A stretch of 62,200 nt of DNA, counting the filler, from Sphacelaria rigidula (taxonomy: Eukaryota), in NCBI GenBank assembly GCA_964200075.2. It is 8 parts of 8 records of this genome, joined end to end, with 100 filler letters (N's around TTAATTAATTAA, not from the genome) between each part and the next. Parts side by side here need not be neighbours in the genome. Positions count along the whole stretch, not along the records: positions 1 to 7,688 come from CAXNAA020013783.1; positions 7,789 to 15,476 come from CAXNAA020013784.1; 6 more parts are not named here. The stretch is one strand, 5' to 3'. The position numbers were made by a program, and so were the translations under genes. Below are positions 1 through 10,436 of the stretch, in pieces. The notes under the pieces are model-generated. The model did no database searches. It was not told where the DNA came from and was given only the letters and a program-made list of their open reading frames with translations. Numbering within the stretch: position 1 is the stretch's first letter; each line of letters starts with the position of its first letter.

Positions 1-948
1 AAGGGTGAACTGCATCCTGCTAAGATTGTTCGGCCCGAGGCCTACTGATTATCTTGCATTTGGATGACAGCTTACAATGAGTTGCTTAATTTTCTTGTAT
101 TGACACTTCCAGAGACAGCCACGGCTTATACACTACCTCCTGGGTGTCTCACCAGCGCGACGGGAGAGGGGGGGAGGAAGTAGCTTTTTTTGAGGGACGG
201 GTACCCTCCTGATCAGATGGAAAATGACGATAATAGACACTGTACTGTGCAGTACATACATGAACGGCCATTCCTGGCTTGTGCGAGGCTTGTGTACAAG
301 TTGTGTATGGTAGGGCTGCACGGCAGGTGGTAGATGTACGTCGAGTCTTGGCTGAGCAACGTCGAAGCAAGTCGAGAAGAACATGTCCGCAAATGCAGGT
401 AGTATCAATGAAAGCGTTAGGGGTACAGGGGTACTGGCAGTGTACCGACTCGAGGGCATGCGGCACGATACATGAATCTGTCAAAAGATCTGGAAACGGA
501 GCCGTGGTTGTTGCAAGACCCGCATTTCTTGCTATATTTGATTTTGCCAGCATGAATAAAAGAATACAGAACTGTGACTTGTTGACTACTTTCTTTAGCG
601 ACACCATCTTCACGAGATTCTCATTCGTCCCCTTTGCCTGCGTCGCTGTGCAGTATGGCGACCTTTAGAGATTGCCCTTCGTCACAGCTGTCCGGACGCG
701 GGCACCGCCTACGCGGGCACCAGGTGATCATCCTTGAATCATCTACAATTGGTTGATGCCATGGAAGTATTGTGAGAAGATTTTTATGCCGGTTGGAATT
801 ATACAGTCAAGTCACAGTAGTAGTGTATACCTTTGATTTCACTCAGAAACACGTACAACTCGTATTACACGTTCCTTGATTGACAAACAGAACGCCATCG
901 GGTTCACGTGTTGAGTACGCGGCCCTCTCCAGCACTGCTGCCTCAGTA

Positions 949-2462
949 CTATAACGCCCATCCCGTAAGCTTCATGAAGAGAGGAGCACCCGTCGCAGGA
1001 TCCTTCTGCTCGAATCCAGATCGTACTCGCACGCACACGTCCTCTTCCAGCGGTGCATTCAGGAATGCCGTTTGAAGATCGAGGTGAATGACGTCTAAGT
1101 CCAATGCAGCGGCCACTGCTAAGGTCATGCGAATACTTTGTATGCGAGACACCGGTGACTCGATCTTTTCACAGTCGCGCCCGGCCCCCTGTCCCTAGCC
1201 CTGCCCAACTACTCGAGCCTTGGTAGTATTATCAGACTTGACTTTGTGAACCCATCTGGAGCCGATGCTTTTCAGGCCTGCCGGAACTTTGTGTTGCGAA
1301 ACTAGGTGGTAAACCCTGTTCATTTGGAGTTTGTTCATCTCGTTTGTGATCGCTGCTCTCCATCTCTCAGCTAGAGGAAGTTTCATTGCTTCCTTGTACG
1401 TGGAAGGTACGATGGCAGCACTCTGTCCATCCGGAATCTGAAGCTGCGTGCTGCTGACCCGTGTGAGTGTATTCGACGCAAGAGTTCATCCGGTAGTTGT
1501 GGGCAACATCAGGCATCACTGCGTCCATATTTAAAAATACTCGTTGGACTCGTGTACTACGTCAGTCTCCACGTAGCAGTCGCATATAATATCTGAGCGC
1601 TGTAGGCTATAATAGTCGTCTCCACTCGTTGCGAGCCTTGTCCGACAATTCACTAGTATGAGATTCGGTAGCCTGTACGGGTAGGGAGTGTGAACGCGAG
1701 CGTGTGCTCACACCAGACGTGGCTCTTTGCTCCATTATCTGTAGGACCAACAACATCAGAACCCAGTATTATAATAGTACCAGTACCAGCAACAGCTTCA
1801 GTCGTGGTGACACCACCGGTGGGCAAGGTTTGCAAGGGCAGGTCGAGTAGAGTATACTCAATCGCGGGGTATTTTGAAAGTCGTACTTGACGTACACAAA
1901 TTGGGGGTAGGGTTTCAGGGATCGCTTTCCAGTTATTTTTCGGGTACGTCTCCCAACACTCACACCTTATTTGGGTACCCCAAGTACGTCTTTCAAAATA
2001 CCCCGCAATCGAGTATACTCTACTCGACCTGCCCTTGAAGGTTTGTAAAAACTTGTGTAATTACTGGTCAGGTGTGCGCTGTTAGCGGTACACAGGAGCG
2101 TGAACGTTGCTGGTAGGAGACACTCGCAAGTCGGGAGTAGAGGTGTGCTGCCGTATACCATCAATGACGTCGACCTCGGAGCTATACCCAGATTCTCCTC
2201 CCCCCCCCACGCCGAGTCTGTGCTGAAGTCGAAATCAGTAGATTCGCTCGCCACCTGCGGCACATTCATCGCTGGGGTGTCGATAAAGACAATATTTCTG
2301 CTTTCAACGATCGTCCTCTGTCGGGCGTCCCACAACCTCCAACCCTTGCTGTTGAACAACCTTTGCTGTTGAAGGCATAACCCACCATGACAGCCTCGCA
2401 CGCCTCAGCCGCAAGCTCCTTGGTGTGTGTACTTCAATGTGTACAAAAGCACGGGCACCTAC
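949..2462 (-). mobile_element. Degenerate Ty1/copia retrotransposon pol fragment (integrase C-terminal/SH3 region, linker, reverse transcriptase)
   Basis: Minus-strand peptides occur in copia order: GARAFVHIE..VGY..NSK and WRLWD..IVESRNIVF (2280-2462), ERWRAAITNEMNKL..IGSRWVHKVKSD..KARVVGQG (1195-1386), SPVSRIQSIRMTLAVAAALDLDVIHLDLQTAFLNAPLEEDV..GFE (949-1160). The region has stops, frameshifts and insertions. Confidence 0.92.
1833..2037. mobile_element. hAT-type MITE (205 bp) inserted in the copia element
   Basis: TIRs CAAGGGCAGGTCGAGTAGAGTATACTC.../...GAGTATACTCTACTCGACCTGCCCTTG, continuing imperfectly inward. Perfect 8-bp TSD AAGGTTTG at 1825-1832 and 2038-2045. Confidence 0.92.
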
Positions 2463-2463
2463 G

Positions 2464-2843
2464 GGAGCGGTCGCCTCGGTGGCTCAGTCGGTAACCTCGA
2501 AACCTTCTGACGGTTGTGTCGTGTGATCAATTCTCGGAGCGATCTGGGATTTTTTCTCACACCGTGCCCAACAGTGGAGAGCGACTATGTCGTGGGTACA
2601 CAAAATTTGACTCAACGATCGACGAGGGAAAGGGACCGCTGAACCCCGCTCGCGATGAAGAAAGGCAAGCACCGCAGAAGGAAGGTGGAGAACCAAATGC
2701 AAACAGCGAGGAAAAAGCTCCTGTGTTGGCCTCCCTCCTGTGTGACCCCAGCTTGTGCGCTCACATATACCGAAAGGTGTAGACCGACCTCCAGAATAGA
2801 TGAGATGACAACACACACAACACACACGCACCCCACATACAAC
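2464..2843 (+). mobile_element. tRNA-derived SINE-like element
   Basis: A-box TGGCTCAGTCGG (2480-2491), degenerate B-box GATCAATTCT (2525-2534), and a 3' CA/ACA-rich tail. It abuts and truncates the copia integrase. Confidence 0.7.
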
Positions 2844-3714
2844 TGTACTTCTCAAAACTTTGTTGGCGCAGAATGGAGTGAAACCCCAGTTCTGGTGGCG
2901 TGTTAAACAGCAGCAGCGGAAGCCTCACCTCCGCTGTACCGCAGGCAGAGGGAGTGGTTTCGCCCATGCCTACTTCTCTACTGCACTCAAATAGCCGGTG
3001 CTACAGTACCACCAGTTAAATACTGTGTTCACCTGACCCTTAGGCTGTGAAAGTACGCAGTCCATCTGGATCTTTCATACCTATTTCACGTGAAATTGAT
3101 GCCGACTCAACAGATGGCCTATCTACTCTCGCCGTCGAAGGTTTTATCGGGATTTTTCGTAGGCGATTTGTTGTCTTGACTCGAAAATTAGGCAGTCATC
3201 GGGCACTGGAAGAAGCAGGGCGTCTTTTGAAACGTACTCCTAAATATCCGTGTTGGAACAACATGGAGGAAGATCCCGCTTCTGGTGGCGGGTTGGACGG
3301 CAGCGGCCGAAGCGCCACCTTTCCATTCTTTGCTGCTGCAGAGGGAAGAGGTTTCGCCCCCGTCTACTTCCCTACTACACTGTAATAGCCGGTGTTGCAG
3401 TACTAGAGTAGGTCATCCGTTCAATCGGCATCAATATCACTTCAAAGACGTTTGCATGATTCAGATGGACGATACCCTCGCAGTCCAGCTTTTATTTCTT
3501 GGTTATCGCGTCTGTGTGAACTGTTCATGGATCCGGTTTTATTTTATGGTTGTATTTCACCATATCTTGGGATAGTTAGCCTGTGACCACGGAAGGCGTC
3601 CGCGTAAGATGCCGGGTGCAGAGTACTGCGTAGATATCGGAGCGAGGACAGCACCACCAACAACAATAACAGTCCGGGGCGTTAAACCGTAGACCGCGAG
3701 GGTAGTCCACCTGG

Positions 3715-4090
3715 ATCATGCATACTTCAAGTGAAGATCGCGTATTGCCCAACGTCCAGCAGTGGCACTCCAGCGTTGGCATGAACATCGCCCACTGCCC
3801 AATGGCCAGTAGTGGCACTCCAGATACATGAACATCACTCACTGCTGTGACGATTTATAGGATGACTAAAGCTGCTGAAGTCCATGTGCCCGTGATGGGA
3901 GGAGTCCACATGGCGATCTGATGTTGAGTGACAAAAGTCTATACTGCCCAACGGCAAGCAGTGGCACCCCAGCGGTGGCATGAACATTACTCACTGCCCA
4001 ACGTCAAGCAGTGAATCCAGCGGTTGCTGCAGGGGCAGGCATGACCCAATGGCCCAGTTGCTGCAGTCCCCAACGGCAAGGTGTCAGAGC
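3715..4090. repeat. Degenerate ~48-bp minisatellite
   Basis: Recurrent unit CACTGCCCAACGGCAAGCAGTGGCACTCCAGCGTTGGCATGAACAT, with several diverged copies. Confidence 0.7.
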
Positions 4091-6514
4091 GACAAACAAC
4101 TGCCTCCAAGCCACAAGTCAACCGTGTGCCGTGGAGAGGTACGTATGCGCACTTTAGATAACCCTCTGGCGGCAAGCATGGGTCATCTGTTGAATCGGTA
4201 TCAAAGTCGCTTGAAAAAAAATCAAGCATGGCCTAGGTGACCTACCCTTGCGGTCAAGGGGTTAATCCTTCGACCGTGAACATGAGTAATCCAGGAAAAG
4301 GCGCGCGAAGAATTTGGAATCCCAGTCTCTGACATTCCGACGCCCCCGCGCCCATGGTGCTTCTGCTGGACGGTCTGACGTTTTGGTGTTTACTTAACAC
4401 CACAGCATCACAACACCACCCTTGACCAACAAAAAAAATGTATCGAGTCGGCAAGCGTTGGCGTTTAGTGTGCGAGGCGAGGGGCAGTCGGGAAGTAGCC
4501 GTTGTTCTTCCTGTGCATTTCAGCTTGGGCTTGTGCATGTATACAGTCACCCCCAGGGTGGTCGGTAGTGATCGTGAACAGATGGGAAATGTCCCCCCCC
4601 CCGATTCACCGTAAGTAAAACTATACGCTATATAGGATGTCGGACACAAAATCATCTAGTGTAAACTGTTGTTCCGGAAATGAACATTTTTTATTTGGAT
4701 GAAGTATAGGAGAAAATGGACACAAATGTACTAATTTGTGTATCAAGCGGCGAGATATTCACGCCGAATCTATATTTGATGATATAGTATATTTGATTAT
4801 GATGATGAGTATTTAACAGTCATTGCCATTTTTTGTCATACAGAAATATGATTTTTCTTCTTTCGCACATCAGCCCGATCTCTCGTACCCATGGTCATAA
4901 ATGTAGGCTCGCCTTGCCACTATCGTCACTATCATACTACTCTTCCATTACATGGAACCACTCATTGAGCGGCGTATTCTGCGAGTCCAAAACTAAGCAA
5001 AAGTATGAAATAAACAACGGACAGTAATAGAGAGACGTCAAGAACACAATAGAGGAAGACCCTCTACCCGAGTTCATCGAGGTGTGGTGAAACAGATAAA
5101 TCAAATCTGCCAAGCGGGGTTCGAAAACATCGTAAAAGGCTACCGCCAGGCGTTTCAACGGCATCATGTTAACGCAGGAAACGCCCTAAACGCCAACGGG
5201 TACGCCGGCGACACGCACCAGGAAGAAATCATGGACCTCAATGATGACCTTCGCTCTCGAGCTGATGCATACGGCCAGCGTGTTTTCGATAAGCTACAGG
5301 CGGCCGACACCTCACCACTGTCGGCGAGGATCGATGACCTGAGAATCGATAATCTTGGACTTCCTATACATCCGGTGGGGGGTTGACGAGTGACGGGGCG
5401 CCCATCTACTCGGTTTCGTCCTGGCTTCTTTGGGATATATTCTCTACTTCTGTAGCGCTGCCGGGTAGGCGCCAACACGGACAGGCTTCCCTCCTTCGTT
5501 CGTAGTGGTCACGGTTAGCCGTGGGGTTAAAAGTCCTTATTTATTTGCTCATGCTAACAAGTTACCCTTAACATCGAGTCATTTTTCGTTTGTCGCCATT
5601 TCGATCAAAATCTTCACGCACGCGAGACCCGTGGCTTTGATACCTGTGGCACTGCTGCCACGCGCGTCAGCCGTAGCTCACCAGTGGTTATTATTATTAT
5701 TTTTCATATTATCAGGCCTCATGAATCATTGCTGTCTTCGTTACGCAGAATAATGTATAAAACACCCACATGCTGTACCGATGATCATGAACAGGGAGAT
5801 CAATGAGAGATTTAGCAGTTATTTGCGCCGTTGGATTTTTTACAACCCTTGCTTCGAGCTCTCGGAGAAGCCCCGAAACGCTGCCCGACATTTTTTGGTG
5901 TCCATCATGAACTCGAAGACATTGCTGCCGCAATTAAAGAGTACAGTATACCAGTTGCGATGGTTGAAACGCTACATTCGGTCTCCTCAGCCAGAAGACG
6001 CCTGCACTGTCTACTGTAGTCAATCTTGGAGCCGACGCGGATGGCCGTAACTCCTGAAGCACTGAGATGTATTCCTGCCGCAACGAGCTTGCCGTGTGTG
6101 CGTGCAGCTGAGCAGGGGCTGGCCTCGAACCTATTGCGCATCGCTGGGACTAACTCTGCGTGTCGTCAGGCTGTACAGGCACAACAGGGGATCACTTCCC
6201 CCTTGTGCGTTTATTCTGTTTGGCGCCCCAGAACAAGCACAAACTTTGGATTTGCCATCTCCATCCGCTCCACCATGAATACATGAAACCTCCGTTGTTG
6301 CTCTGACCCTGCATTTGATAACACTGCAAGATAGGAGTGGACCTTACCAGCAACGCTAGCCTTGTTCACACAGGAGGGTGATCGCGGCTAGATGGCTGTC
6401 GAGTTTTGAACCCCTGCACACGTTCACTGTCGTGCAGCACTTTTTGATTTCTAAATGTAAACAGCTCGATGACTCAAAAATGAGAGCGCCTTGGGCCCGC
6501 AACGTGCGCAAATC

Positions 6515-6775
6515 CAAGGTCGTGTCTTATAGGGTACGATTTTTTGTGTACTCGGGATATTTACCCAGGTATAACCCGTACCCGACAGTTCTATAAGATC
6601 TGTGCGAAATGTTTACCCTTACCCGGAGCACGGGTATGCACTTGTAGAAATTTCCGGTGGGTAAGGGTTCCTGTACAACCCTCAATTGTCCATTCCGTTC
6701 CCGACAGTTCTGCAAGTTGTGTAAGAAGTACAATGATCTAATGAACATACCCGTACCCTACAGAACACAACCTTT
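6515..6775. mobile_element. MITE with internal TACCCGACAGTTCT subrepeats (same family as 31261-31836)
   Basis: Ends CAAGGTCGTGTCTTATAGGGTACG and CGTACCCTACAGAACACAACCTT are inverted. Internal subrepeats are shared in reverse orientation with contig 5. No clean TSD. Confidence 0.65.
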
Positions 6776-7574
6776 CAAAATTCGACATCGACCACGTGGT
6801 TCTTTTGTTTTGTGCAGTGACTTCTTTTCGCGAGGTTTTTGTTCCCACAAGAAGTGAGTGGTCTCATCGTATTCCGGTCTTCACACTCCGACGGTAGCGG
6901 TGGATTTTCGTAAGGGTGCGCTTGAGCTTGGCCATGAGTAATGGATGATTCTTTTGAAACGAGTCCGAAACAGGTTGAACAGTTGATACCTCGAACGATT
7001 TCCTCGAGAAATGACCTTCGTTGCATAAGATAGTTCATGTCTCGAAAATATAATAGTTTTGTCGCACAAGATGCCCCGGAAGAACGGGGGTTTGAGAGAT
7101 TAGTCTCGAAAAGAAGTACTGAGAAACGAGCTTTTTTTCATGTTTTCTCAGAGCGTGAAATCTCATGAAACAAGAACCAGCGTAAAATTTCGCAGCACAT
7201 ATTGCCGTCAGTATCAGTACTCGTAGTTTTCCCCGTGTGACCCCCGTATGTCACCGGCCATCTCACATTACATACATGAACCCACCATCGGGGAGAATCC
7301 ATTCCATGTAAAATACCTCATATAATGAACAGGACCGATTGAAAACACCACGGTATAGTACAGTGCAGCCCAACGTCTCCGTCGACCAGAGGAATTTACG
7401 TGTGTTCGGCTCCGAAATACGATGATTGAAAATATAACTAGTGTTGATGTCGATCATCACACTCGGATCTTTGGAAGGCTCACCCAGCGCGCGCGCACGG
7501 AAGATCCGTCAACACCTGAGCACACCGCCTTGACACGGTAAAGGTGATGAATAATCTTCACACTTACGCACCTC

Positions 7575-7629
<55 letters not shown>

Positions 7630-7688
7630 ACCCACACCCCTCCCCCACGTGCTACCCACACCGCCCACCCCCCGCCACCCCCCACACC

Positions 7689-7788
7689 NNNNNNNNNNNN
7701 NNNNNNNNNNNNNNNNNNNNNNNNNNNNNNNNTTAATTAATTAANNNNNNNNNNNNNNNNNNNNNNNNNNNNNNNNNNNNNNNNNNNN
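7689..7788. other. Artificial contig spacer (N44-TTAATTAATTAA-N44); also at 15477-15576, 23265-23364, 31053-31152, 38840-38939, 46627-46726, 54414-54513
   Basis: An identical 100-bp linker with six-frame stops occurs every ~7.79 kb. The contigs are 7688/7687 bp, i.e. sorted by size. Confidence 0.99.
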
Positions 7789-8193
7789 CAGAACAGGGTT
7801 CTTCGGCAGGCGTGGTACCTGTCGATCGCAAGGCTAAATGCTTACGCGCAGATTTAGCCTTGCCTGGTTCTGTAGGTTCGTTCATGGCCCGCGTTATTCT
7901 GGATTCTGGGTCCGCCCTCACGTCGATCGGTGTGGGGTTGCTTGAGCAAATGTCTTCGCAGTTTGGTGGCATTCAGCTTCAAACTCCGTTTGAAAACGAC
8001 CACAAACGGCGCAGACCGCCACGGGTGCTCCCGTGACGGTTACACGCAAAAAGGTACCAATTACTGTTAGCGTGCGTACGCCGTGGGGGGCTGTGCAGTT
8101 ACAGCCCATTACTTTCGCTGCCATGCCCGGTAGGAACAACGTGGTTCTATTTGGGATGGCGACTATGAAGGAGTTCGGGATTGACTTATACCC

Positions 8194-8443
8194 TGAGACG
8201 CTAGCAGGTTGCTAGTGCTGCAGCGTCTGAATGCTGTTGAGGGACTCCCCAGCTCCACTGGCCTCAAGATCTCAGTTGTCAGCCTTCACAACACCTTATC
8301 ATTATTCGGAGTAAACACCTGTAGCCCCCGACCATCATGCCTGGGCGACACAGCAAGGGTCATCATCCACAGGATGCCCTTGTCCCCTGGTCATCATCCA
8401 GGATCCACTATATACTCGACCGTGATGGCGTGATTTCGCCACA
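8194..8443 (-). repeat. 3' LTR of nested gypsy element
   Basis: 250-bp direct repeat of 10187-10436. On the minus strand it is preceded by PPT-like GCTTTGGGGGTGC. Confidence 0.95.
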
Positions 8444-10186
8444 GCACCCCCAAAGCGCGTTGGACGAGAATCGAGCAACAAGCTGAGTGATGCTACGGTA
8501 GGGTTGCACTTTTTGAGCGAAAATGTTTCTTGGGGTGTTGCACGGATTTGTTGGAGTATCGGCATCATTTTCACTTGAAAAAGACTGAAAATGATGCCGA
8601 TTCATGAAAAGGCCCCTGTGTGCATTTCCACGTCCTGTCCCCGGAGATTTGGGTTGCACAGTAAACCTCATATATTTGGGCTCCTACAAAAACGAGACCC
8701 AGAAACAAAAAGCGCAACCCCTATCGTAGCATTGCTGAGCTTGACACTCAGAAAACTAACGCCAAACGATTGAGCAAGTCACAACTGAATCCCATACTCA
8801 CGCGTAATGCGAGCAGCAATAGAACGAATCACTCGCACCTTACGCAACTCCTTCTTGAGAAATTCCGGAGCTGCCTCAAAAATACTTTTAAAAGGCTCCC
8901 ACGTACGCTCCTCGACTTCAAAACCTACCCAGTCGACCAATACAATCAACGAACGATCCTCTGTCTCCGCCACACGAACAATCCCAGCCATCTGAAACTG
9001 CTCCTGGTTAAAAGCGTGCTGAAACACATCCTTCACACCTGACGTAACGTTAAGCTGCGAGTCTGCATAAAAGCGCAGACGATGTGACCGACCTGGCCAC
9101 AATAAAAGCAAGTAAAATTGGAGGCGGCACTGCCTGCGGATTTTGATCGGCGATTACGCGAGCTCAATGACTGCTGCGACGAAGTGGAGGATTTTCCGAA
9201 TACTTCGACCCGCCGCCATGTCTGAGCTTCGGCCACCACGGTATCCATGACTAAGTACGGGTCCGACTTCCAATTTGTTTTTTTTGCTGTAACTGTACAA
9301 GCACGGCCTGCTTGAATTCTGCCGGTGCCAGACCCTCCACAATTGCTTTCGTGACCACCGCAGCGGACCCTGGGCGAAATTTCCCATCGGACGAACGATA
9401 AATCATCTCTACGTTGGTATTTTCCGCAACATACGTTTCCAACTTACCCATTATGGGCTCCACCCTCTCATGCATAGTCCTCCCCTTGTGGTTCATTGCG
9501 ACAGCCTTCGCCACGGCCCCGGACGCCTGAGTAGGCTCTACCCCCGCTCCTGCCGCATGCCCTGCGTGTTTCTTTATCGCTGCGGCCAACTGCAGCAGCG
9601 TTATAGTATGTTTTTTGTGGAACCGCCTCGCGAAGACGCGTTGCAAGGGGGTAGGCACTAATTGCGCCATAGAAGCCACCCGATGCCTCACCGCACCCCC
9701 TGCATTCGCATGCTCCACCCTCCTTTTGTATTTCATGTATTTCGTGTAAAACGATCGAGAGGCACCCTCAGAATACAAACTCCCGTAACGTGGCGGTCGC
9801 AACTCTTCCCTTAGAACGACTGGGGTTACGGTCGTTTCTGCTGGCTTGATTGCTGGTACCTCAGTAGTCGACATTCTCGAGCGGAAAATCGAAGATTTGT
9901 GAAACCTCATCGAACTTCAGATCACACCTGCTTTCTTCGCCGCTCCAACACAGCCCTGGGGTCGTATAAATACCCGCTGTACGCAGCTCCAGCAAGTGCC
10001 CAGTCTGGATCAAGCACGAGCCAGCCGCCTTTGCAGCTACCTCAGCTTGAAGCCTCCTCACGCGTCCTTGAAGCTCTATGCCCGAAGCTTATCACAAGCT
10101 GTCTAGACGTCTCCCTGCTGAAAATTTCAGCAGTCTCAAGCGATAGCTCCTACTAGCACGCCAAGCACTAGCAGTATTATCGATAT

Positions 10187-10436
10187 TGTGACGCTAGCAG
10201 GTTGCTAGTACTGCAGCGTCTGAATGCTGTTGAGGGACTCCCCAGCTCCACTGGCCTCAAGGTCTCAGTTGTCAGCCTTCACAACACCTTATCATTATTC
10301 GGAGTAAACACCTGCAGCCCCTTACCATCATGCCTGGGCGACACAGCAAGGGTCATCATCCACAGGATGCCCTTGTCCCCTGGTCATCATCCAGGATCCA
10401 CTATATACTCGACCGTGATGGCGTGATTTCGCCACA
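10187..10436 (-). repeat. 5' LTR of nested gypsy element
   Basis: 250-bp direct repeat of 8194-8443 with only a handful of mismatches. Confidence 0.95.

Larger units (their letters stand above)
8194..10436 (-). mobile_element. Complete-ended, internally deleted non-autonomous Ty3/gypsy element (gag, zinc knuckle, chromodomain) nested in the host protease region
   Basis: Two near-identical 250-bp TG..CA LTRs (8194-8443, 10187-10436) and TSD ACCC (8190-8193, 10437-10440). Contains a gag-like ORF 9251-9910, a CFYCGQVGH knuckle and chromodomain DWVGFEVEERTWEP (8779-9111). Removing it restores the host frame GIDLYP-LALEKLRP. Confidence 0.95.

Noticed and set aside
149-668. Overlapping 100-150 aa ORFs at the window start
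   Set aside because: At most a faint resemblance to a decayed gypsy integrase, with no motif I can defend.
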